From Basidiobolus meristosporus CBS 931.73 (taxonomy: Eukaryota; Fungi; Basidiobolomycota), in the NCBI GenBank assembly GCA_002104905.1, contig MCFE01000376.1:1-64000 (forward strand): a stretch of DNA of 64,000 bases, written 5' to 3'. The translations under genes and the position numbers were made by a program. Each line of letters starts with the position of its first letter. Position 1 is the stretch's first letter. Positions 24,938 to 37,538 of the stretch are shown in pieces. Below the pieces are notes generated by a model. It had not been told where the DNA came from, did not search any database, and saw only the letters and a program-made list of their open reading frames with translations.

Positions 24938-24964
24938 GGAGTGACGGGGAGTGACGGGGAGTGA
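24938..24964. repeat. Short 10-bp tandem repeat (GGAGTGACGG x ~2.7) just upstream of GRX5
   Basis: ggagtgacggggagtgacggggagtga read directly from the sequence. Confidence 0.8.
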
Positions 24965-25439
24965 ATGAGGGATAAAATGCTTTTACCATTCGGCCAACTG
25001 GGGTGGAAAATCTCTGCATGGGGCCGAAATTTTGCGGATTTCCATCTCAGCTGCGGACAGATTCGAGATACCCCATACTAATTTAGAGTCGTGGTCACAG
25101 AAATCGATGGTTGATCTTACAAGGAATCAGGGATTGAACTTGAGGACAGCGCATGAAATGAAAAGCGCAACATGTAGAGAACACCACAGCAGGTCACTGG
25201 TGAATTTTCGGCCACTAACGAACCTTCAATCATAGGTTTCACAATTAAGACAACTTTTGTCTATGTTCCACAATATCATTTGCTTCATAATGTAGGCTCC
25301 CATCACTTTGCATGAAGATCCCATTGCGATTGGTAATGAGATCAAATAGAGTCTGACACGAGAAGGTCGCAGGGCAAAAGAGTGCACAGCTATATATTCG
25401 CACTTCCTCCTGGCCTGTGGATACCAACCTTTCTTCCAA

Positions 25440-26396
25440 ATGGACGACGACGCAAACCTCGCTAAATTCTCGAAGGAATGGTTTGTGGCCATTAATTCCG
25501 CCATGGTTGTCTATTCCTTCACGATGGTCGTGCACTTCAGCAATGCAATTGTTGCCCTAAAATTGTTGATGAAACATCCCAAAGAACTACTTTTCATTCT
25601 TTGCTTTCTGCAGGGCTTCTTCGCCATCATGTGCCATCTATCCCGTATTACTGATTACCTTACAGTCACGAATTGTGCGTTCAAAGCCTATTTCAACCCT
25701 TTCATCTACTTTGTAAATACCTCCTTGATCTTGGTGATTTTTTATATGCGCTGCTATTCCTCTTTCACGAGACTCCGCTCGTTTTTATTGATTGTGGCGC
25801 TTTCAGCACTCATGGCTAAACTGGCCACCATGGTCTTGTACCTGGGAACTGTAGGATCTACCACCGGGCCGTATAGGGAATGTATCTATAGCCCCTCCGT
25901 ACTAGCGCTCAGGTCGATCATCCTGGTAGAGCTCGCGAACAATGTGTTTCTACTACTGTGGTGGAGTGTCTTTGTGCTCTATGCCATTTTTGGGCGCAGC
26001 CAACCTTGCTTTGAAGCGTTTTCGAGCCATGGCGCTGGCTACACGATGCTAAGCAATGCTTTTTCAATCATAGCTTTTGGGCTGATGATGACCGGCACTC
26101 CACCTAACCTCAATCCCGAGGTTGTTTTCCAGCTAAGATGTAAGTCAGCACTTGTTGGTTGAATATAGCTACTCTGGTTATAACCCTTCTATTCCTTAGG
26201 GGCGATAGAGTCCAAGCTTTGCACAGAGCAGATAACGGCCCTTCACCGCCAGATGCGCGATGGCGTTCTTCTTCCCACTTCATCGTTCTCTACCGCCTCC
26301 GGCCCGCTCACCACTTTCAATACAACTAATATTGGCAATAGATCTCATATTCACATCCAGCCATTTAGCTCACAAATCTCCGCATTGAAATCGTAA
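25440..26396 (+). CDS. Orphan seven-transmembrane, GPCR-like protein
   Basis: About 7 hydrophobic segments; Cys before TM3 (VTNCAFK) and in the second extracellular loop (YRECIY); one intron ~26140-26199; Ser/Thr-rich C-tail ending ALKS*. Confidence 0.7.
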
Positions 26397-26507
26397 TCCG
26401 AAAGCACCGTTGTTTACTTTTGTCATTTTATCTTATTAAAATCGATAAGCAAGCGTCTAGGTTCTGGTGGTAACATTTGTGGCAACATTTACAATACTGA
26501 GTGCCAC

Positions 26508-28178
26508 CTATTCTGATTCGTGGTCACTCATAGACACGGAGCCGTGTCGGTGCGTCTTCTCCTCTCCATCTGAACCCGATTCAGTCTCAGAGGCATAGTT
26601 GGTAATCCTGATATTAGGGATATCGCTCTGATCCTTATGTCTCTCATTTCCCGAATCAATCCAGCGCTGCATCACGTATTTTGAGCACTTCTCGGCGCCA
26701 GGCAGCTCCTAAAAACAATTACTTATCTCAACCGAAACCACGGTCACGTTGCGGAAAAGTACCTGGATGTGTTTCGTAATTCCCAGATTGTTAATGCCGT
26801 ACAGTTGCGGCCCGCTGGCATGGGTCTTGGCCCCGAATCCTTTCGCCATGATCTCATCAAGCACCTGCTTCCATACGCCACTGGCTGAGTTTGCTACAAA
26901 CTTACGACCTGGCTGATCCTCAGCCGTGACTTGAAACTGGATTCGTATGCAATGTTATGATTGAGTGTCGGTGTCAGGAGATGATTTGAGACTGACCACA
27001 GGTGCTTCCCCGCCGTCCAGTATCTCAGATACGTAAGTGGTTTTCTTGTTTCCATCCAGCATGCTGGTGTAAATCTTCTCACTGTGGAATCCTACGGGCC
27101 AGATGAACCGGGGCGTATGGTAGGGCTCTCTATCCCAAACCACTTTGCCTGAGTAAATGTTACTACGGGTGTTTGGAGATTCGCGCGAACTTGACGTCTA
27201 CCCACCAATGTTAATAATGGTAACCTCATCTCCCCCTTTGCCTACAGTTACTGGCAATATAAGCTCGCCTTTCTCGTTTTTGGGGAGATGCTAATAAGTT
27301 GGCATTTAAAAAACCAGGTGAATATGACCTGGCAGCTTGGCTTGTAAGAGACACACAACGGTTACCTCAATAGGCTTGGCATCGGTTCGGTCGTCACGTT
27401 TCTAATATTGTGGGGGCGATTTGGGTCAAGTACAATCCGCTGATACGCATGCTAGCAGCACTTACTCCGGTACGTCTTTTGCGTTTCACACTAGGGTCTA
27501 TACTTCTCCTTGTCTGTGTCTAAAGATAGATGAATAAAAATCCTATTCGATATTGGACTATTGCTAAATTACACTCTTTTTCTCTCGTTCGTGTTCAGCC
27601 TTATGGGCGCGCGTTTTGTTTCGTGGATCTGGACAAGCAAAGTGGCAGTGTTTAGAGGGTGCTGAGCTATGAGGGGAGCTGGAAAACCCTACCAAGCGAA
27701 GGGAATATGGCCTCTTCCTCGCTTTCGGTGTCAACCTCTGCTTGCTTTTCCGAATCGCTAGAATCTACGCTTCCTTCACTCAAGATTTCCTCCGAGGAGG
27801 AACTAACAAAATGTCAACCTTCATGGAAGATTCGGTAGTAAAAAATAAAGCTCTGGTTTACGAGAGATCTTCACCAATCTCGGGTCTCAACTCCATCACG
27901 AGGTCGAGCAAATGGCTGCAAGATTGGGGCTTAGCTTGGGAAGGAATAAAAGGGAGAAACGATGGCCAAGTATCCAACCTATTTTCATGGGAGATCTTTT
28001 TCAATTTCCTCCCGATTTTTTTGTAGGTTGCCGTTAGCGCGTCATTCTCCTTGATTCAACAAAGTGAGTCGCTCCGAGGTTTGGAAATTTGACCGCAAGG
28101 GTCAGCATAGTGAGCCATTACCTCGGCAGCAGTATAAAAACGACTCCTGATCTTTTGGTATTTTTCTTTATACGCCAT
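26508..28178 (-). CDS. TBRG1: TBRG1/NIAM-like protein: N-terminal coiled coil plus FYRN and FYRC domains
   Basis: Spliced MAYKEKYQKIRSRFYTAAE|ENDALTATYKKIGRKLKKISHEN|..LLDLV; LPVTVG...IINIG|KVVWDREPYHTPRFIWPVGFHSEKIYTSM...YVSEILDGG; SASGVWKQVL...SGPQLYGINN..ITKHIQ|ELPGAEKCSKY. Confidence 0.8.
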
Positions 28179-28375
28179 TTAAAGAGTTGTGAGTGTCTAG
28201 GGGTGAAGCAGGGACCAGTATAATGTTAAACTTGAATAAAAATTTCTTGACTAAGGTTGTGCTGTGCAAGTGGATAAATCATGCAAACTGCCAGATACAC
28301 AGAGGATGGCTTTATTTAGAAATCTATAACAAAAATACCGTGGAAATCCTGATAATGATGGAGGTTGCTCGGGCC

Positions 28376-30949
28376 CTATAAAAGGAATACCTCAAGGAGC
28401 CCTTCAAGCTCCAAAGGTGGCTCGATTGCCACAACATGATGATCGGGTATCTGCTTTGGGTGCTCTCCGGATGGGAATACCGAGCGCAGCACTGAGGCTG
28501 CTTCATATGGTTTAACTTCGTTCGAGATGGTGCCCACTGTGATATGCAGAAGTTTGCTAACTGCTGGCATATTCTCATGGCGAAGTCTGGCCTTCAAAAC
28601 CATCAATTTGTCATTCCAAATCAAATGACTCGCTGTCACCGTCACTGACGGCTTTGCATTGTCTTTCATAAAATTCTCGTAATAATCAAACAATTTCTGA
28701 TCTTTCAGCGATCTTTGCCCATCTCTTCTATGGACCAAAGTGATATGGTGGGGAATCTTGATGCGATCCTCTGATACCAGCTTGTGGAAAAACGTAGCAT
28801 CAACATCAGGGTGCTGAGTGAAATACACCCGAAGTACATCCGGAATGTGATTCAACAATATGGCGAAATAGCCGATCTTCAGGCTCGTAAATGAGTTTTG
28901 ATCTTTCCTGAAATTTGGCTTGTAATGAATAGCATGGTGTAGAGCTGCCTTGATCTTTGCTCCTCCAGGCTTCTGTCTATCAAGAAGTGGGCAGAGGGTG
29001 TCAAGTGCAGTCTGCAAATTAGTCTCGGCGTCCGCAAAGGGGTCCAGCTGAATTACTTCTGTTATTAAAGAGTCTGCATCTTGGTTAGGATCCACTGGCA
29101 CATATTCGTTCAAAAATCGGCCAAGGATAGACGGGAATCCTTTGGTTCGCATTGGTGTAAGTGATTGGTGGTTTTCCCCACGCGAAAGCAGTCTTCGATA
29201 GACAAGGTCGTATATTTTGTCGGGGGGATTCGCTCCAATAGACCAATGAACAGCTATAACGCTGGAGCCTGGATACTTGCTGAGAAAAACGTTGGTGAGG
29301 CCTTCTCTATTTCCAGGGATATGGTTGTTTCTACACACAAAATTGTGACTCTTGAGTAACATGCTCAGGTGGATCCGAAACAAGCCAATGCATACTTGTC
29401 CGCAAGAACGATGTCGTTTTGTTCAAATTCAGCCATGACCGCCTTTTCGAAGGCTATCTTTTTCTTTTTCTTCGACCCCAGGTTGTCGTTCTGAACACAC
29501 TTGAATCCAAACAGCTTGGACAGAGCCAAGAACAAGGTTGTCTTGCCTAGAAAATACCCTTTCAATACACTGCCATGGGGAATCGATGCTAGCCTTTGTA
29601 TTGCAGTTACCACATCCCGGAATCGCGACAGAAAAGATGAGGGTTTTCTTCGGCCCCTTGGGTTTCTCCACCACCAACGACATATTCGGGTTCTTTTTGT
29701 ATTCCAAAAACATATTTCGGATCTTAATGATTCCGATCCCTTGAGTAAATGTCGTGAAAAGCTCCGGCTCCGTGTCAAGCATGTATTTCACCCAGATACC
29801 ATAATCCTTCGTGAGCTCGTATCTATGTTTGTAGGGCTGTCCTCGGATGATACGAAGAGTAACCTCTCGCCACTCTCGGTACATGAGATATGGCTCATCG
29901 TATTTCACCTTAAAGAAGTGGACCTGGTTCTTATCGGTTCGTCTGCATCTCACAACAAACCCTTCTATAGCGCGACCTTGGTACACTCCACTCTCTCGAA
30001 TCTCGTCTACGAAAGCGCGAACCTCACTTACTTGCTCCTTTGTTACCGAGCTCACTTCAAGAAACCCGAACTCCTGGGCACAGGCCCTCACCTCAGCTGA
30101 AGTCCACGTGTTGAGCTTCACCGAGTTGGAGTTAATTCCATGCAGATACATCCCAGAGCTTTCCATCGGATACTCAAGTACATGCTCTTCGAAAGTATCA
30201 TCACAGAGCTAACAAGTTGAATTGTTAATGCGGCTTTTCATATTAGTCCCGATAGCCAAAGCCGTATCTCACCTCGAATACTGCAGTGATGTCGTGTTGG
30301 TGGAGAAAATCGTCGAAGTCGTCCAGTGTTTTCCCCTTAGTACGTAGATGCTTTAGCAGCCACTCCTGACCTTTTTCCGAATGAGATATGGTTCGATTCT
30401 CATTAGGTCCCCAGGCGTGCTTGCTTGTTACCAGTAAGCCGCCACTCGGGAGGCTTGAAACAAAGATAATGCAGCCATTCTCTTTAATAGTGACTTCATA
30501 TGGACCTTGGGTATTTTGTTGGATCCAGTCCCACTACATAATGTTCGTTATTGACCGTTTCTACACAGGGGTCGCAATGCATATTTTGCTGCGGAATGGT
30601 TTGGGAATTGCATTTGCCATCATACCTCAGTTTGCTTAACCTCACCGATGTTGAAAAACTTATCGTAACCACGAATGACTATTTTGTGATGACCCTCTAG
30701 AGTGGTGGTGAATAGCCCACGGGCCAAGGTTGGAAAGGGGCAAGGATCTTGAGAGTAGAGGTACTCGGTAAACTTCCAACTTGAGATGGCCGTCCCCGAA
30801 GGGAGCTCATAAGTTTTACACCGAACAAAGCGTTTTTCCTTTTTCCCACCAGAGGTTTTTGGCTGACTGAGCTCAAGCAGCTCGTTTATCAGTTTATCTT
30901 CCTCGTCGAAGAGCGTAAGCTGTTCGGCACTCCTTACAATACCATTCAT
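28376..30949 (-). CDS. TRL1: Fungal tRNA ligase Trl1 (adenylyltransferase + polynucleotide kinase + cyclic phosphodiesterase)
   Basis: ARGLF, RGYDKFFN, motif I KENG, EGFVVR, FFKVKYDEPYLMYREWRE; P-loop AIPGC|GKTT; 2H motifs HITL and HITVGT. Confidence 0.95.
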
Positions 30950-31236
30950 GGTTGTTAAACCATTGTGCACAGCCAACCTATTTTATAGCAATGATCGATT
31001 CCAGCTGACCAATCACTCCAATGGGAAAGCTATCATCAAGCTCATTCCATGTGGTGCGCAGCCATCCCAACGCGATAATGGTGAACTATTTAGACTCGTT
31101 ATATGTAAACAAATATATATCGATGATTCTGAAGGATTTTCAATATTCACCTGTATATATTTATGTATATTTGGAAATATCAGACCTGCGCTTGTCAACA
31201 TTAAGCCATAAGCCCTTACCCTAAGACTTGTGGAGC

Positions 31237-34158
31237 ATGAGAAGAAGTCGTGAACTGTTTGAATCCGATTTTGAGGTTTGTCCACGTCTTATTGTCTGAT
31301 CATATCACGAGATTAACACCGAACTCCGGTTACCATTTGTACCTCGTAGAGCTGCATCTTGATCCATCCTCCGCAGAAGAAAGGTACCGAATTCACATTA
31401 TAAACATTGAACGGAGCGCCGAAATTATCATACTAAGAACACATTCAGAGTATCGAATCGAGGATGGAGTGTCCCATTTTGAATTCGAAGGATTTCGCAA
31501 GCTATTGGGTGGACGTGAGGCTTGGGCGAACGTGAAGTTTCGATACCAACGCTATCTTAAGACCTGGAGTCTAATCAGGAACAAGATCCAGGTAACTACT
31601 TCAAGTAGATTAAGCTCCTTTCGTGTGCTGACCTTTCTTTTCTATCAAGAACACATACACCCAGTACAATAGCTACAATATCAGTCAGCTTTATGAGTTT
31701 GTGAGAAATAGCAAAAATACCGCCCAGACATCCAGGTACCTTCTGTTCACCATCGATCCTAGGGATTGCTATCTAACAGAGCCCTCCTCGACTTAGACTT
31801 CCAGTGGGCTTGATCACTACCGGTATATACTGTCAGGCACATACACAAAACCATATCGGCTAATGGCTTTTTTCAGAACATATTGAGGACGACGAATTCG
31901 TTATGAACAGCATTGCCACCACACTGCAGGAGAAATATCGAGCTCGCGTTGCCAGCATCAACCTTAGTTTTCTAAACAACCCAGCCACTATAACCAAAGC
32001 AATCATAGATCAGTTTGAAAACTCGCCCGTTAAAAATGTACTTCTGGCTGTGAACTCACTGTGTTGACGAAATCTGACAATGTTCTATATGGAATAGGTT
32101 TTGTCAAAGAAATTGTCGGCCAGTTCTTCGTCCAACATGACGCTATCCGAATGGTATACGAAAAAAGGGAAGTCTAAGAAACAAAGTGAAGGTACCTTCA
32201 ACCAATGAAGCCTTAGATATGTTGAGACCCATGTTGTAACGAATTCTTTCTATCCAGAGCGTGGAGATCTGGTCGTGCTGGTCAACTCCCACCCAACAGA
32301 TTTCAATCGGATAGAAGAGTTCCTTAGATCATGCAAGTAAGTACTGAAGTACCTTATAACATCCTCACAATTCGTAGTTTTGGGTTTTTATTAATTCATA
32401 CCGCACAACCTTAGAAAATCCTTGAGCCAAGTTCCGCTTTCGATTCTGGTGTGTAGCACAATCCCTGGAAATGAGTTAACTTCCAATCTTTCCTCGGACT
32501 TGGCCAACTCTTTGTACACGGATACTTTTTCTGTACCAAGCACAATGAAATTCCTAGGCTATGCACTAGAGGAGGTATGCAGCATATGAAATCACGTGTG
32601 TCGCTCATCAACTAAGCCCACAACTTTCACACTTCTACCAAACTTTAGATATTTGTATCTGATCCCAATAGCTTCAAGCTGGGACTGGGACCGTTCAAGC
32701 TTTTGATCGATTTGGTCACAAATCAGAAAGTTTCTATCAGGGACTTTGGCAATCATATCAAGGTAACGTTCACCCTTGATAACCGTTGCATAATGTAGCC
32801 TGGTTAACAGCGATGATATAGTACGCAGTAATGACTCAGTATTACTCCAATCCTCTCTCCATATTTTCTCTGGACAGAGATGACTTCCCTGATGTACACA
32901 TGATATCTGATGATCACCTAGAAATACTCCGGATGCAGCCCTCCTTTCGAAGGTATGTGATGCTCTTGCCGTGACTTGTTGCTCATGGAGTGCTAACGTT
33001 CTTCCAGATACCTGGAGTGCATTCAAGACGGGCAGGAGGTTATTCGCTTACTTGAAGAGGACGACTATATGATCTCGCGGATACCAGATTTCATCAGAGA
33101 ATTCGAAGAGCATAGCATTCGGTATTTTGCCGGTATCAAATGCGTCAGTATACTACAAGATAGCATCGGTGCGAGAACGTTCAAGAAGCCTGTGTATCTG
33201 CTCTATTTAGAGGGATTAAGCACCAATCTCTCGGACTCGCAGCACGTAAAGCTGTTGCTTATATTACTGAAGTAAGCTAGCCGTCATTCATAATGCTCAT
33301 GACATCGAGTACTAACAGAACTCTGCGCCAGGACCATAAAGGAGGAGGAGCTAGCCCCATTCTTGAAGAAGATGTATGAATTCTTCAGCCGGTCATCCCT
33401 ACTTTCAGATGTGTTCAAGAACGACATAGTGGCCTTAGCAAAGCTACATGAAAGCTTTCAAAATCTCAAAAATGAGAAGGATCCACAAGATGCATTGGAA
33501 TCGATAGTCAACCAAATGCATGAATTTTGTGCGCGCTTGCTCAGGTATTTAATTTTGATATCCACGCTAGCACCGGGCGGTTACCCTAACCAGCCATACC
33601 TTTCGCAAGGGAGAGCTTCATATGCTATGAGCACATGCCACTGTATGAACTATTCTACTTTTCCAATAGAGAGATTCTGAAATGGGTAAGTGTTGATCCT
33701 CGAATCAATCCGTAGCTTTGTTTCCCAGCATTGATGTTTGTGTGATTGAACCAGAATTTCAACCCGGACTATTTGAGTCTCGTGAACAGTGGGTTGGAAC
33801 GACCAAGCTGCTACATTAATTGCACCTGTTGTGAGGATAAATTCAGCCCGGCCCAGCACGATACATGTATTCTCTACAAGGTTTATTCGGAAAGCTCGGA
33901 ATCCATCTTTTTAGACGACTGGTACTTTGCATTCCGAGCGATAGTCAACCAGCAGGTGACCTTTGGTGAGCCCGAGCTAAGGTAGGCTGTGCTTCGTTTC
34001 CACCACGCTGTATCTTCTAACATCGACTTGCCGTTCACTGCTCCAGAGCACGATTCAATCAAGCATTACGCGAGTTTCAATTCTTCGGGCTGGTTCAGCC
34101 TGTCGAAGAACAACCAGGAACCTACATCAAAGTGTCTTTCCCATCAAGCAACCAATAA
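31237..34158 (+). CDS. ORC3: Origin recognition complex subunit 3, many exons
   Basis: FRKLLGGRE..NVKFRYQRY..TWSLIRNKIQ; LPVGLIT; VPLSILV...; QYYSNPLS; winged-helix C-terminus DTCILYKVYSES...LDDWYFAF...FNQALREFQFFGLV. 5' exons are approximate. Confidence 0.85.
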
Positions 34159-34429
34159 TTAAATCAACCATGTACTATAACTGCTGTCTCTGATGTCTCT
34201 TCGTTAGCGTATTAGCAAAAGCATTGCAATGTAGTTGGATTCTCAGCCTAGTCGTGTTGAACCTTTTCTCATTTACCACACCCACCACTGAATCAATGTC
34301 TAGAAAAATAGTATCCTAAAATGGAGGAATAACTTGTGCTGATTTGCTCCGCAATTCATCCATGATAAATTTAGACTCTCCAGGATTGTTGGGACGTTCT
34401 CAAATATTTCCGTTAGCAAGGACTCTGCA

Positions 34430-35084
34430 ATGTCTGGTATTTCAAGTGATTCTCGACCAACAGTCCCTCGTAGCTCCACAGGGCCAATTCACCAACAAAC
34501 GCGCCCTCACGTTACCTCCGCTCAGCCAGACCCTACTCAAGAGTATCCACCCGTCCCACAACACCAACCCGGTAAAGCAGTTTGAAGGAATTTATTCGGA
34601 CTCACCAAGCCTAATTAGCGGGCTCGCTCCATAGGTTTTTTTGGACAACAGGCTGCATCGACTGCTCGTGTTTCTATCGTGAGTGTTTCTCCCAAACCAA
34701 CCACCGCTGACAAACCCCCAACACTAAGAAACATCTAGGGCCATTCGTTGGGACGTGCTTTTGCAGGCTTAAGTGGAGCTGAAGAAGTACCGGTCGGCTA
34801 CGACAGCGAAACCGGAGAATTGATTACAGAACCCTCCAGATTTGGAAGCCGTGCGCTTGGGTCGGCGGCTTTGTTCGGCTTAGCTGGGGCTGCTTGGAAT
34901 TACCGTTCAAAGGTCATTCGACGAGCAGGGCTTCCCTCCCTTGCTGGGCCTATGATGCCTTTAATGACCATTATCACAGTCAGTAAGTACACCAATCGAA
35001 TATACCATGTGCTTTTAGCTATTAACAGTATTCTAACCACCAACAGCAACTGGTTTCCTTGGAGTCATCAATTTGTCCAATTAA
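34430..35084 (+). CDS. Small protein with Mix17/CHCHD2-like N-terminal/hydrophobic motif but no CHCH domain
   Basis: Spliced QHQPG|FFGQQAASTARVSI|GHSLGRAFAGLSG resembles Mix17 QPGLFGQMASTAAGVAVGSxIGH. It is followed by two hydrophobic segments and has no Cys pairs. Introns ~34572-34634, ~34680-34740, ~34983-35046. Confidence 0.5.
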
Positions 35085-35436
35085 ATAAATAGAGCATTTG
35101 TAATGGCTAGTCACCCTCTGCCTTAGTATTGCTCATTGATTGAATGACCTAATTTTGTCGGTCCACTACCAACACACGCACACACACACACATTATGTAC
35201 ATCATAGGGACCTCTGGTGGCCAAGCCAATCAAAAATTTTGTTTGATATGTGGTGGCCGAATATCACGGAGATTCCTCAGCATCACTGCAATCCACCACA
35301 GCGTAAAAAGAAAAAGAAATCCCGATCACAATAAACAAACTTGAGTAGTTTATTTACCGTTTCTTCTACCTTTCGTAACTCTCAGTTTTGTGTTGAGGCA
35401 GTACCCCATTTCTTGTATTACTCTCTAAAGACTAGT

Positions 35437-36819
35437 ATGAGTTTCAACGTGCGGTCCAACGAATCCCCCATGGAATTCGAATACCAATCTCCCAACCCGA
35501 ATACCGAGGATGTCTTTACTCCAAGCAAAAAGAACGATACCAAAGATCCATGTACTATCCTTTCCTAAGCTGACTGTTTGATGTGCTACATTGCTTCACT
35601 GCTCTAACCGTTTGTTTTTCTACCACAAAGTCATTTGCTTTCGTACGGTTGCACCCCAGACTGGTGGACTGTTTTCCACGCCTGTCAAACAACCCCTCTC
35701 GAATATGAACTTTGCGTTCAACTCTCCCGAGCCAGTTACCCCCAACAAATCAGAACCGGCCGACTTGGACAAACCTTCACTCCAAGAACACGACACTCCA
35801 CCACCAACGGAGAAAGATGGTCAATCTCGTTCTGTACAATTATCAAAGCGATCTGTAAGAAAGCGTAAGGCTGGCGAAAACAACCATTGGCGGGCGAAGT
35901 CTACTTCAGATCTGAGCGAAAGTGAAGAGGAGGTTTGGTTCCTTTCGTTCTAGCATCTCAAGAGGAATTTACTCTAACCTTCAACCAGTTGGTAACAAGC
36001 AATTCACTACTGGATAGTGTCACCTATAACGCGGATATGCCATATATCATCTCAGGGTTCGAATTGGTGCTCCATGTTATCTCAATGGGCCGTCTAATAG
36101 TGAAGCGTTTTGTCAACGATTTAGGTGGTTACAACTGTTCTTCAATCTCTTTCTGATAGCGGTGATTCTTTACATTATCCTGCAATTCATTTACACCGTG
36201 CAGCGAGACATCGATATCAAAGTAGAGGAATATTCGATGGGTACGGTGACTGGATCGATGCCAATTCACTCACGCTGAGCACTAACACCATGACAGCTAT
36301 TTTGGAAGAAATAGGAAAGTGCTCCAAAGATTACATCACCAACCAATGCTCCCCCGTGGAGCTTCGTCTACCAGGCCTGAAGGACTTGTGTAATACGTGG
36401 GAGGCTTGCATGAAGCGAGACCCTACGGTTATCGGAAGGTATTTCGAGATAGTAGATTGACACGCACAGAGATTTTCTCAAGCTTCCCTTATGACGATCT
36501 AGAGCGAAGGTATCTGCCGAGACATTCGCAGAGATATTGAACAATTTCGTAGAACCGATTTCCTACAAAACGATGGTACAGTATAGTGCTCCATATGGCA
36601 GGGCAAAAACGCATGGTACTGAAGCCTTTCTTTGGATAGATCTTTTTCACTCTTTTGATATTCGGCTCCCTGTTCCTATCGAACTTCGCCTTTGGATTTC
36701 TACGCTCTCGGACCCGCAGCGATTATCAATATTACTTACAAAACGAAGCGTACCACCAACCCGCTAGAACGTGGACCACCCCGCGTCGTACCAGCTCTCG
36801 CTACATTAAGTCTCGTTGA
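35437..36819 (+). CDS. BRR6: Nuclear envelope protein of the Brl1/Brr6 family
   Basis: ESPMEFEY; DMPYIISG|WLQLFFN; RDIDIKVEEYS; four-Cys luminal motif CSKDYITNQC...CNTWEACMKRDP; AKVSAETFAEILNNFVEPISYKTM; second TM segment. Confidence 0.92.
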
Positions 36820-37538
36820 GCCGCACACACATCTCCCTTCATGGAACCAACATTAGTTAACACTCATCCTCATTTGTATTCTTACCAAGCGACTCGCCTC
36901 TCGTACCTTGGATTTCCCTTTATTTTAACCCGGCCGAACCTTGTAATATCGAACAATCCCCTTTTGATTCCTATATCACGATCCTTACTCATCCACTGAT
37001 TAAAGTATTCGTATCTGAACCTCCAACAACCTTCCAGGTCCCAACTTTTCCCCGCCACTCCACATCGTCAAGCCATGAACGTCTACTTGCAGACGCATCC
37101 CAGGTGATGCCCGAGTCATCATGGAGTCAAAGTTACCTAGGTGGACGCACAAATAAGGGACCATTGCACTATCCATCCCACCATCCCACCATGCTAGATC
37201 ATCTGAAAAGAAACAAGGGTCTTGTGATCATAACTGATGTAAAGCAACTGATTTGGAAAGCCATATGATTAGTAGATGGCTGGCATCCCATCTCGTACAT
37301 GGATTTCCTTTTGACAGTCATGTGAAAATCCCCAACTGAAACAGTAACAAGTGCAGGCATCTCGCTCATTGGTCTTGGCTTTCATCTACCTTTACGGCTT
37401 GGGATGGATTTAAATGCTGTGCGGTCAGCTCCTAGGTTTCGCCTAATCTTCTCCTCATCGTCTTCCCACACTTCATTGGATCTCACCGCCCCTTTGCTTC
37501 CACTTAACAAATACCACTATTCCTTGGAGCCCGATATC

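Noticed and set aside
32592-33026. 144-aa minus-strand ORF
   Set aside because: Antisense shadow across ORC3 exons and introns.
34311-34375. GTATCCTA...TTTAG as a U12 intron upstream of the Mix17-like gene
   Set aside because: There is no U12 branch consensus, and splicing from the upstream ATG gives an early stop. At most it is a 5' UTR intron.
36820-37400. Possible snoRNA or ncRNA in intergenic DNA (also 40300-41700 and 44900-45700)
   Set aside because: Only isolated TGATGA/CTGA-like words without properly spaced C/D boxes or terminal stems; no tRNA A/B boxes seen. An Infernal/tRNAscan search would be needed.
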